From Trichoplax adhaerens (Eukaryota > Animalia > Placozoa): a stretch of DNA of 34,310 bases. The notes beneath the pieces were generated by a model, which was not told the origin of the DNA, did not search any database, and worked only from the letters and a program-made list of their open reading frames with translations. A program made the translations under genes and the position numbers. The stretch's first letter is position 1. Every line of letters starts with the position of its first letter. The DNA is taken from contig NW_002061001.1 in NCBI RefSeq assembly GCF_000150275.1, positions 1 through 34,310 of the forward strand. Reading direction: 5' to 3'. Shown here piece by piece: positions 23,644 through 34,310 of this stretch.

Positions 23644-26600
23644 CTAGAAAAGAACATAGATATTATGATTTTACAGCTTTTACAACAGAAACGGACCAAG
23701 AGCTAAGCGCCAAGATCAATACGCCCAGGTAAATAAAATTGAATCTCTTATTTTTTAACTACAATGTTATTGAAGAGTATGAGATAGAAATGATAAAAAT
23801 ATTATCAAGCTTATGTAGCTTAAAATAGCTATCCTTGCATTCACATGCGATTACCGAATATAGTCATCTTGCCGAATGTCTATCACACAAGATGTTCCAA
23901 TGCATTAGAAACGTCAAATTACCATAGTTATCCTTTTTACCAAATAAGCAACCATTGGCCCGCTGCCATTAACGAACATTCAGGATACTAGAACAGTATC
24001 ATTGCTGAAAAATTGGATGCTTACTGTGTAGTGAGACCCCGATAATCAAAAGTGAGATGGCGGCGCTAGATCTGAACGGATTAGTGGTGCTAAGGATCTC
24101 TTTAAGCGTTATCAAGTCATTAAGTGAGACTACAGAGCACCTTGGTAAGCAGTACTAGATAGGAGTCTTGCAGCTGCAGAAGCCGTACGAGGTATTGAGC
24201 CACATAAGGGAAATTATAGACTAGGTTAAGTTATTAGGTTTCGAGTTAAATTGGTCAGGAAGAATGATTTAGCAAACATGTTTGTCAACATACTTCAAGT
24301 ACGAATAGAAAAGTCTGAGTCCTTTTAATATACAATAGCGAGCTGAATCCGCATACCAAGCTACGCATTAAATATGCAATTTGCACGAATGTTACATAGT
24401 CACATCCAAGGCTTGCAAGTTGCTATTAGTTGTTAGTAAGCCTGTTCCCAAGATAGTAGCATAATGCAGTAGTATAGGCGTATTTAAACTCTGCATTTCG
24501 TGTATAAAATTGAATCTATCACAGACAATGTATCAAATATCATTGCTTCAGAACGATGCAATAGGCCATTCTAGGCTGTATAGATGTTTTATTATCCTGT
24601 TTATAAAGTCGTAACCAATTTTTGTGTTTTACGTACTTTTAGGTCTTTAAATGATCGATGCAAAGACAGCGTTGCTAAAGTATATAGCTGACTGGGAGAA
24701 AATGATCATTACTTAAACCAACATCTACTTTATCAAAATACCTGATCTCGAAATTCATTGTCACTGTGAAAATTCTCTACCTAAAAATTGTTATCCACAC
24801 AACGTAAATGGTACATAAGTGAGGAAAGGAAACAATCTTACTTTTGGCACAATCACCTCTTTGCTGACATGCTTGTGAAGCAATGTTATAGAGTATATAA
24901 TATTGTCATGTAGTTATTGATTTTTAAATCTAATTTTATTGCACAACTCTACTCAGACATTAACTACGATATTTCCTAACAACATAATTAGGCTAAGACC
25001 CGTGCTAACTACTATTTCAATAACGGTATTACAATCACTAGTAACAAAGTATCCTACACATGCCAATGCTTACGAAAAACGCCTCTTACTGACTAAATGA
25101 GGCGAGATTCGCTATATCCCCAAATAATTCGGTTCTAACGACCGAATACTATTTTATACTTATAGCGTCACTGATAGTGTAGACGAGGTAGTCAGAGATT
25201 TCCTACTATTTATTACTAAAGAAATCTTGATAACCAAGATTATAGGCTTGATAATTCAATAGCAATTGACAAGCTAGTTGACGAAATAGCCGGTTAACTA
25301 ACTAAAAAGCGGTCTTCAGGCATCAGCCTTTTATAGCCTCGTCAGAAACACCTGGTTACATATAGAGTAAAACTATCCTTCTAAAGTTATAAGTACATTA
25401 TCATATTAATCAAAGGTTAAACAGATTATATGAAGAAATGATAACGTCAATTCACACAAATAGCATTTAATATTACTGCCTTAATAATTAAAGCGAGCTT
25501 ACGCATCGTAATAAGTGGATATACACGAATCTGAGTCGCAGCATTGCATAAAACGGAATTTTCCAACATTATAAAATACTGTATACTGAAAGTCATATCA
25601 AGTTCTGTTTTTGCATCGATATGAATTAATTCTCATATATTTTCTTCAATGTTTGTTAATTCATTTATTGTTTCTAGTTTTTTATTAACGATATAAATAG
25701 GACATGGTATTTTTTCATTGGGTGGAGAGAGGGATTTTGCTCCTCTCTGTGCATAAACTAAATATAAGTTATTAAATGCTGAACTATCAACACAATAAAT
25801 TAGCTCTAACTTTAATCTAGTAAAAAGATAAGCTTTACTTACAAGTATTATATATAGTAAGTCGAAAATTACCATTTTATACAAGATATATATCTACGTG
25901 ATTGTAGTCCAACGTACAGGTATGTTGTAAACTTTGCATCTTCCAGATACTTTTATTCGTATTTGCTTTATTTTATCTTCCTGTTTTTTGATCACCTGAA
26001 TTTATTTCAGATTGAACCTATTAATGTTTTGAAGTGTAAATTTTTATACAAAGTGTATAGAATCTAATAGCCTGTCATAGATTTTTGTACTCCATCAGCA
26101 TATTAATCTCAATAAATATTGCTTGACCCTAATGTCTCATCCTTTGACCAATTCAACGCAGGCGATATGAATTACAAAACACCCTTTTATATTTTCGTAT
26201 TATCACCATTTTGTCGCCCATTATCACTTCCATTCGAATGACTATACCGGAATTGCATTCTAACAATTTCTAATATAGCGCTTGCCATCCATCTAATATT
26301 AGCATCCCGTTGATATCAGTTCCTAGAACCTCACCATATCAAATATAGCTATCAACATAAGGAAATATAGCTATCATTACAATCAAATACAGGGACGATC
26401 GCTTTAAGAATAGTTAGAAAAATTGACTTTATGCTGACGTAAGTGTAGCAAGAAGTTATATTCTATTACGGTCTGGGCCGTCATCAATGTTATTTTCATT
26501 AATTAATAGCTTGCTATTGCTCTTATTATTGTCAATAATTTATTGGGCTCTGCTATTCATTAATACGTTAAAAATAAGTTTACTCTAGGAAAATGGATAT

Positions 26601-27664
26601 GAATGATTATACTAGAGCTGCATCAGGCGATATCAAAGAGAAGTAAGTCGCAAGTATCTGACGAAGAATATATTCTTCCGTTATGGCTCTATATAGTAGT
26701 ACTCTTTCTACTACGTACAGAGTAACGTGATTCCGGAAAAAGCTTTAGAATTGGCAGTTGAGTGGCAGTTGAACATAAAATGCGATTTACTAGGTTATCA
26801 AGTAACTTTGAAACTCTGTAGATAGCTGAAATGATCATTTTTGAATTCCAGTAGAGTTATAAGTGCGTATTATCTCTTAACTTTCTCGAATTATCATGAA
26901 CTTATTGACAAATATTGAAGCCTACTATTTGTAAATTTTAAAGTTGCGTGTAAGGTTCTGTTAATATGTACCAATATTGCTACTTTGTGAGTCCCTCGTT
27001 CGGCTTTTCAACGACATTTTGATGGCTTTACTCTTCCAGTCTTCGTCTACAACAGTACATTAATGATTACACTTACTTTAAAAGAGCATTTTATGTAGTT
27101 AGCAAACTCTTTTCGTCAAACTTAATTGTATCAATTTTATATTTCACACTCGGCTTGAATACTATGAAGCTATATAGCAATATAGAGTTTTCTGTAAAAT
27201 TTCACATAGAATTTAGATATCATGGTGTAAAGCACAATGATATTTAGTGTTTCTCATTTGCATTTAGTTCAGGCTATGCGATTGCACTTCTATATTACAG
27301 TTTAGCATGTTATTACACAAACTACTTACTGTTTAGACCATCAATGGCAGTTAATCACCCAGGTATGGTCTACCATAGTAGCAATAAAACTGTAGGCCAA
27401 TTTATTATTTGAAAGCAATCAAGGTGATTGATTTCATAAGAGAAGTAATTCTATATTCCGCTGTGAGAGAGTTTCATCACAAACTGATGCTAGCTAAGAA
27501 CATGATATAGCATACTAATTTAGCTAAAAATATGAGACTAGCAACAGTTGAAACTTTTTTACCTTAATAACTAAGAGTAGATTACCTCTAGTAATTGCCA
27601 CAAGCTCTCCGTAAATATGGTGAAACTTGGAGATTATAGAGATTTGCATGTTTGCTCGTTTCGC

Positions 27665-28890
27665 AAAAGTTGAAACGCAAACAGAATGGAGCTAAATAGT
27701 TTCTTAGATTCATTTCTGTACATCATTAGCTAAATTAGTATAGACCTAAATGCAATGCTGGATGAGTTATAACGGTAACCAACAAGCTAACGGACGAATA
27801 TAATAATAAAGTGTGTCTAATAATTTACATGAAAGTTGAAACACACGCAAAGTTAGAGCTAAATGCTTTCATGAATGCGTTACACGTATATTAAGCAAAC
27901 ACTATACTAACAAATAATAATACAGAGAAAGTGGATCTAAATAATTGAGTTGCCTGAAATTTGAAATAGGCACACAGCATTGGAGTTGAATGTATCATTA
28001 ATGTATAACTAGATGAGTTATATGCCAAGCAACAATCTAACTTACGAATATTACAATATAAAGATTAGTATCTAAAAAGTTGTATAAAATCGAAGCATAC
28101 CGTAAGGAATATTAGAGCTAAATGCATGACCGGGTGAGTTATATACTCGTACAAAATAATAGTCTAACTGACGAATGCAATGATGTAGAGAAGTGCATCT
28201 AAGAAACTGCATCAAATTGAAATGCATACAGTGTTAGAGCTATTTGTATGACTGGATGATTTATATACTAAACAAAATCCAAATGGACAAATGCGGTGAT
28301 ATAGAGAAGCATATCTTAGAAATTGCATAAGAATTGCAAAGCATATAGCGTAGACAGAGTAATGTCGAGAAACTTAGTGTAACTTGCGTGAAAGTTGAAA
28401 TGCATACAGTGTAGGAGCTAAAACCATTTACTGGCAGGGTTACATAGTATATTTAGCAAAAACCTAATGAAGAAATCGAGTAAGTTACGAGAGGGTTAAA
28501 ACGCACATGGTATGAAGCTAAATACATTGCTGGATGACTTGTAGATATACTAACAGTAAATAAAAAACTATTGATCGAATAATTTTACATTGAGAAGAGC
28601 GTGTAATAATTTACATGACAGTTGGAACGCATACAGAGTTAACTGCATTACTAGATATACGCGTATGAATACTAAGTAATAACCTATCTGAGGAATACAA
28701 TAATTAGGAATTTGCTTTTGTATTTTGTATGGAAATCAAAATACACACAATATTGGATCTAAATTATTTGCTGAACTAATTGCATACTAAGCTACAGTCT
28801 GTCTTATGAAACAATAACATAGACAAGTGCATCTAAAATTTGCATGAAAATTGAAAGGCATACTGTGTTGGAGATAAATACTTTACACTA
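27665..28890. repeat. Degenerate satellite-like array, ~11 units, mostly ~100-130 bp
   Basis: Approximate consensus AAA(G/T)TTGAAA(T/C)GCATACAG..TT(A/G)GAGCTAAATGCA..CTGGATGAGTTATA..CTAAC.GACGAAT..AGAAGTGCATCTAA..TTTGCATG. Units start near 27667, 27832, 27957, 28087, 28213, 28331, 28391, 28491, 28618, 28731 and 28847. Confidence 0.85.
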
Positions 28891-29538
28891 TGACTTATGG
28901 CTGAGATAGAAAGAACGTGTAGTGATTACGCTATCGCATTGGAGTAAATTGACTATACCAACCTGGTAAGGATTGATGTCCCATTTCTATGTTAAAAAAG
29001 TAATTATGCAGCGCATGTAGGGTGTAGGAGAACAAATTCAATAGAGTTATTGTATCACTTTTTTCAAAACAAATTAAATCATTTATTATGAATAAAAAAA
29101 TTAGAAGAGTTGTCAACATTTCAATCTATGAGCGTGTACAAAACTTATAGCATTTACTTTTTTTCTTAACAAAATGCTGTCAGAATATCATAGAAAGCAA
29201 TAGTCTTGATATAAAATGATACGCTATCAGTGAAAAATTATCAAGCGTAGATCATTTAATTTCATTTCTATACCATTCTGTATCATAGGATACGCAAGTA
29301 TGCTTCATCAATTCAACAATATAATATTGGTTTTGCGATATTCTATAAGTTTTATGAAGAACGAAAATCCGGCTAATTTATTACGTTTGCAGGAATCTTA
29401 TCAAATTAATACATTAGTTTTAAACATTGTTTGTCTAAAGAAGTATTTAAAACAGACGTATAGTTGTAAATTGTAGATTATATCTTGTTTTAACGATTGC
29501 ATTTTATCGATTGCTATCAAGAAACAGACACAAATCAG

Positions 29539-31140
29539 CTACTTAAGACTAAATTTAAGAATTAAAATATCAAAAATTCTGCTAATGTCCTCCTTATTAA
29601 AATCTTGAAGGTGCTTTTTCATCATACTAGGCACTGGAGTGAAATTAGACCAGAAATAATTATTAAAATGATCGTTTATAAATTCTACTATTGCCAACAT
29701 CAAGCTTGAATGATCAAGCCCTAGTTTAATCATATCGATTTGATTTGAAAGCCAACAACTATCAAAAAATTTAAAATACAATTTCATAATTGTACGGTCC
29801 ACACAAATGGAGCAATCTGAAAATTTCAGTTTTAAACGACCGCCGGCTGAAGTTACCAAAGGGGACTTGTACTCTACCAGCGGGAAAACTTCTTGATCTT
29901 GGTAAGTTGTCTCAGATAAATTTAATTGACCAGGAATAAACTCTGCTCCTTCAATCATGTCATCATCAATATATGGATAAACTTCATAATCGTTTTTAGC
30001 AACGTTGAAATAAATGGTTACTAAAGGATGTGATGCCATTAAACAAACTATAATAAATCGACTGTGCTGTAAGGATGCTTTTATATCCGCTATACTATAT
30101 ATCAGATTATTCAATGCATTCTTCAATTTAATCACATACCCAGTTTGATATTCATAGTTTATAATAAACCATTGCTTTTGGAAGCAAGTTACATCCATCA
30201 TTTCTGTATTTGTTATACCAGTAGTTAGAATTGGAAGATTTTGAATGTTGATGGAATGCCAAGAATTATCCTTGAAGTCGTAATATTTTAGAGTCTTTCC
30301 TTTCAATATCTTTAGTTGTATAACTACTGGTCTATCATCAAAAGAAATTACTTTATGCATTTCTTCACCATTTAATAATACAATTAATTTGGTGGAACTT
30401 TCTCCAGTATTCAAATCTAAAATTTCAACATTTATCAGATGTTTACTACATGTTGCGAAAATCATTCTGTTTTTATGAATACCGGTTGAATAATTATATG
30501 TTTTCATTTTCTCGAGATAATTCATAAATTGATAAGGATACATAATTTTGTATTTAGCTGATGGTTTAGAATTATCCAAGTTGTGCAATACCATTCGGTT
30601 TTTCTCATCCATAGAGTAAAAAAAATGGGTAGTCCTAGTTATAATGCAATCACTCCCAGTACGATGACTAGAAAGTTTATTATAGGTAAGATTGTGACTA
30701 AGTCCATCCGGAACTACAAACCATTTATTAAAGTTTGTATGCGAAGATTTGTTAGAGCATTCCGATAATACGACATCTAGATAATATATTCCAGTAACAA
30801 AAGGAAAACGCAGTGATAGTAATACATTTCTTACACCTTTGAAACTTTTCTTGGTGGTGAAATTGAAGAACGCTGCAAAGCTGAATGTGTTGTAATAACC
30901 ATAATCAGAATTCGTAGATGGTTTCCCTACTAGCTTCCTTAAAGCAATCAACCGATAAATAACTTCCTCGACTACATCTGATGTTACTGTTAATTCAATT
31001 GTATTTGTAGTTATGTTTGGAAAAAAGTATTCCAATATTCTATAAAAACAGTAGAGTGTCTTGTCTAGACATCGAATTTCGATGCTTTCAGCAGTTTTCT
31101 CTTGCAGGAAGACAAATTTTGCTTTGGCATCAAGTCCCAT
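29539..31140 (-). CDS. Intronless 533-aa protein with divergent BTB/POZ-like segments at both ends and a beta-rich (kelch/propeller-like) middle
   Basis: A 1.6-kb uninterrupted ORF in AT-rich DNA is not expected by chance, and an in-frame TAG TAG lies just upstream of the ATG. The N-terminal SIEIRCLDKTLYCFYRILEYFF..IELTVTSDVVEEVIYRL and C-terminal RLKLKFSDCSICVDRTIMKLYFKFFD..IKLGLDHSSLMLAIVEFIN fit the BTB pattern by eye. LKYYDFKDNSWHSI is kelch-like. The domain calls are pattern-level only. Confidence 0.75.
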   Translation of the reverse strand: MGLDAKAKFVFLQEKTAESIEIRCLDKTLYCFYRILEYFFPNITTNTIELTVTSDVVEEVIYRLIALRKLVGKPSTNSDYGYYNTFSFAAFFNFTTKKSFKGVRNVLLSLRFPFVTGIYYLDVVLSECSNKSSHTNFNKWFVVPDGLSHNLTYNKLSSHRTGSDCIITRTTHFFYSMDEKNRMVLHNLDNSKPSAKYKIMYPYQFMNYLEKMKTYNYSTGIHKNRMIFATCSKHLINVEILDLNTGESSTKLIVLLNGEEMHKVISFDDRPVVIQLKILKGKTLKYYDFKDNSWHSINIQNLPILTTGITNTEMMDVTCFQKQWFIINYEYQTGYVIKLKNALNNLIYSIADIKASLQHSRFIIVCLMASHPLVTIYFNVAKNDYEVYPYIDDDMIEGAEFIPGQLNLSETTYQDQEVFPLVEYKSPLVTSAGGRLKLKFSDCSICVDRTIMKLYFKFFDSCWLSNQIDMIKLGLDHSSLMLAIVEFINDHFNNYFWSNFTPVPSMMKKHLQDFNKEDISRIFDILILKFSLK

Positions 31141-32879
31141 TTGTACTAACTTTCTTAACTACTACACGATTTCATCACTATAAGATATTTGTCGATATTG
31201 TTCCTTCTGCAGATCTTTATATATTTGAAAAATACTGTAGTATCATAGCTTAATACAGTAAATTGTACATTAAATTATCCATAAACTATCAAAGGTGATA
31301 TAGATGGTTCAGGTAAGAACTTATGCGTCTAAATGCCTCGTTATTCTAATTTTGAAACATGTCTATGATACATTTATAGGCATATACGCTTGCTTTATAG
31401 TGTAAGTACCGTAATATGGAGTAATTTATCTCCATAAAATGAGAGACATATTACCATTTTTAGGGTAAATTACTGTATTTGGAGATATATCAAGATAAAG
31501 AAAGTATCTTTCAAAGCGTTTATGCAGTCTAAGCTAAACAACTATTGCCTCATATGTTGAATTAAAAATATGAAAGAAAACTTAGGACTTTGTAGCATAT
31601 TTAAAGATCCTAAATTAATAGTCCGGATAGTTCTCTAGGTCTTCTTAAAATAGGAAAGGGCCACAAGCTCAGGTGAGAACTTGTCTGTATAAATAAATTG
31701 TTCTAATTATAAGTCAGATAGTTTTTAAAGTCTTATTATAAAGACGTAATAATGGCTGACTGAGGTAATCAAAGGTTATCTAGGTACTATTTTGGTTCCA
31801 AGAAACACAGATAATATGCTACTTCTTTGAGTGATTAGCATTGGACCTCTAAAAGCAGAAAATTTTGGAGTTTGTAAATGAGTCAAAAAGCTAGTTTATA
31901 TTATTTTGTACTTAGAAAATGACAATTGAAATCCTATAGAGACGGAAAAGGATCTTAATTCTAGGCTCAGGGAGACACAGGACTTAAAGAGATACTCGGG
32001 ACAATAAAAACTAACTGCAATTCTAAACCTGCCTCTACTTTCCTCTCGTAATTTGTGTATGGGATACATCGTCCAATGTGTATATTAGGAGAAATATCTA
32101 CTGTATGATCTACCATGATATTCTAGATATACTAGCATTGGGGCAATATGCAATAGTAGTCAACAGCAGCATATAAATTATACTAACTCAATTTTGCGAT
32201 GAGAAAATTAGCTAGGAAATGGATAAGGTGATAAGAAAAATAGGGCTTAAATAGTAAGTATGGCAGTAACATAGATAGTATAAGATGAAAAGTTGACAAA
32301 GGTTAAAGCGAGACGCTAAGCTAAGAAATCAGCGATTGAAGTGGTAGTTGATTGAAAAGCAAACAATTGTGACTGCTGAGTATAGGGAATTTAATATCTA
32401 TACTAGATGTATTAAAGATATAACGAATAGTATGGAAGTAAATAAAATATAATAAAATGACTATAAGTTATTTACAAATACCGTTATAAAAGTGTTCTAG
32501 ACGAACGAGAAGTATTAAAAGAGAAGGTTTAACATACGAATAAAACGATGACGAACTAGGAACGAAACATGCAATGCTAGTGACTGTATAAATTCATGCG
32601 TACAAGCACCATTACTAATATTAGCTGCGTTTGTCAAGGTTTTGGGATCTTAATTTGCGAAATAATTTCAGCACTATTATATACTCCGTTCATACTTAGA
32701 AACAGATAATCAATGTTGATCATACTTTACATTAATACCGCTTATGTAGAAAGTAAGATAATACTTTTAGAGAAGTGCTTGAATTATAACGGATAAGAAA
32801 GCGTGTTCTTGTAGAAATAGTTGGAAGGCATCCAATTTTACTATATACGAATTACCCACAAAGTGCGGGTATTCAATTC

Positions 32880-32929
32880 NNNNNNNNNNNNNNNNNNNNN
32901 NNNNNNNNNNNNNNNNNNNNNNNNNNNNN
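32880..32929. other. Assembly gap (50 N)
   Basis: Run of N. Confidence 1.
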
Positions 32930-33199
32930 ACAGGCTTTTTTAACGGGAACAAGCTATTCTCCTAATGAATGTTATCCATACTTAGCATCTTCGTTACCGA
33001 TGTGGATTTAGGTTGAAATTGATCAACAACAAATAGTAGAGCTTAAATCGATCGATATGGCCTAGATATTGAATATTAAGTAGTCAAAAATCTCGATAGT
33101 GTCCTCTTTTTCAAAGTTTAAAAATGGCGTTTCATGTACTGAGAAATTGGATAGGAATCTTACCACATGTTATCGTAAAGATCGGTTGTAAAGTTAATT

Positions 33200-33249
33200 N
33201 NNNNNNNNNNNNNNNNNNNNNNNNNNNNNNNNNNNNNNNNNNNNNNNNN
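33200..33249. other. Assembly gap (50 N)
   Basis: Run of N. Confidence 1.
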
Positions 33250-34310
33250 AATTAGCTACTACATTCTTGGGCAATAGAAATCCAGTAGTACTACAATGGC
33301 TCAAGCCTTAAGGGCTGTTATATAGGTCCAGATCCTAATCTAGGTCATAATGCGAAATAACAAAATATGTCCACAGCTACCNCCGTATATGATTGATTAA
33401 GGCAGTTTACTCAGTCAAGTATAAAAAGCTAATAACATTAGTGGAAATTAGTGTGTTTGTATTTAGAATTCAACACTTTGAAATACAGTAAAGTCGATAG
33501 AAGAAATTCAGACTTGAATTTCACTTGCAAGATCGGCTATTGCTTATAAATAAATATGTTTAACGGCCGCCATTTTATGATATGCAACATATCGAAAAGC
33601 TCTCTATAGACCGATACAATTAGTAATGATTCAAATGAAAGTCGAGCCGTAATAACTTAAGCAAGTATACTGTTTTCATTATTTAATTGCTTACGTATTT
33701 GGCTATTAATAATTCTGGTTTACGATATAATTTATTAAGTTAAAGTAAAAATGATGCTATCGAGGCTTACTATCAATTTTAAGTGTCGTTCTAGACTGAT
33801 GCATGTTTGGTATAGAATAGCTAGATAAAATTAATAGATTTGCGCTTCCATCCGCGGGATTTTTGGATAAAATAATTTGGAGTATTTCTGAGCAGATTGC
33901 TATTAAAAGATGGTATTTTTGTACGATTGTTACAATGTGTAAGAGCGTTCTAATTATTAGGTACTTTAAGTCAATCTTTTTACTGAGAATTACTTTAAAG
34001 ATCCTCTAGAATATTTTCGTGCAGCGGCTAAAAGCTTGCGTTATAAATGGAATGATCTTGGACGTATACTTACTGAAAGCTTTTCAGCGTATACCTTTGC
34101 AGACTATTTGAGTAATTATGGTAGAATTTTCAAAATTTGATATGATTGGTATGATCGTAACATTGAGAAATTATTTTTAAAGGAATTTCCTAGATTTTCA
34201 AATGAATAAGGTTATAAAGGTGCTGCATGTCAACTTAGTAAGTTATTTAGCTATTGCACAATATTTACGTTTAAAATCAAGTTAGTAAGGTAAAGAAGTG
34301 CTTAGTGTTC

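Noticed and set aside
25633-26340. Minus-strand stretch with long runs between stops (YGEVLGTDINGMLILDGWQ.., GAKSLSPPNEKIPCP), a possible decayed gene
   Set aside because: No motif could be assigned. A frameshift-aware homology search is needed.
27665-28890. CRISPR array or decayed 42-aa TPR repeats
   Set aside because: Whole units are similar (no unique spacers), the context is eukaryotic, unit lengths vary, and no frame is preserved across the units tested.
31920-32050. ETEKDL resembling a LINE RT C-terminal motif
   Set aside because: Too short, with no further motifs.

Overview
AT-rich eukaryotic (animal-like) draft DNA with short spliceosomal introns and three 50-N gaps. The composition is compatible with a compact early-branching metazoan such as a placozoan; this is inference only. 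The main content is a tandem minus-strand cluster of three paralogous cell-surface genes that the ORF track mostly misses. One is a 12-13-exon, ~890-900 aa receptor (signal peptide, 4 EGF, 2 Ig, 4 FN3, TM, very short tail, no kinase) at ~4394-9915. The other two are miniature 4-exon paralogues (signal peptide, single EGF, stalk, TM) at 12647-13993 and 17865-18892, which share only the first two and last two exons. Also present are an intronless 533-aa ORF with two divergent BTB-like segments around a beta-rich core, a probable decayed NACHT-type pseudogene, decayed Gypsy and Helitron fragments, a near-identical dispersed repeat bracketing the receptor gene, and several degenerate tandem arrays. 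All gene models were read by eye and have no transcript support.
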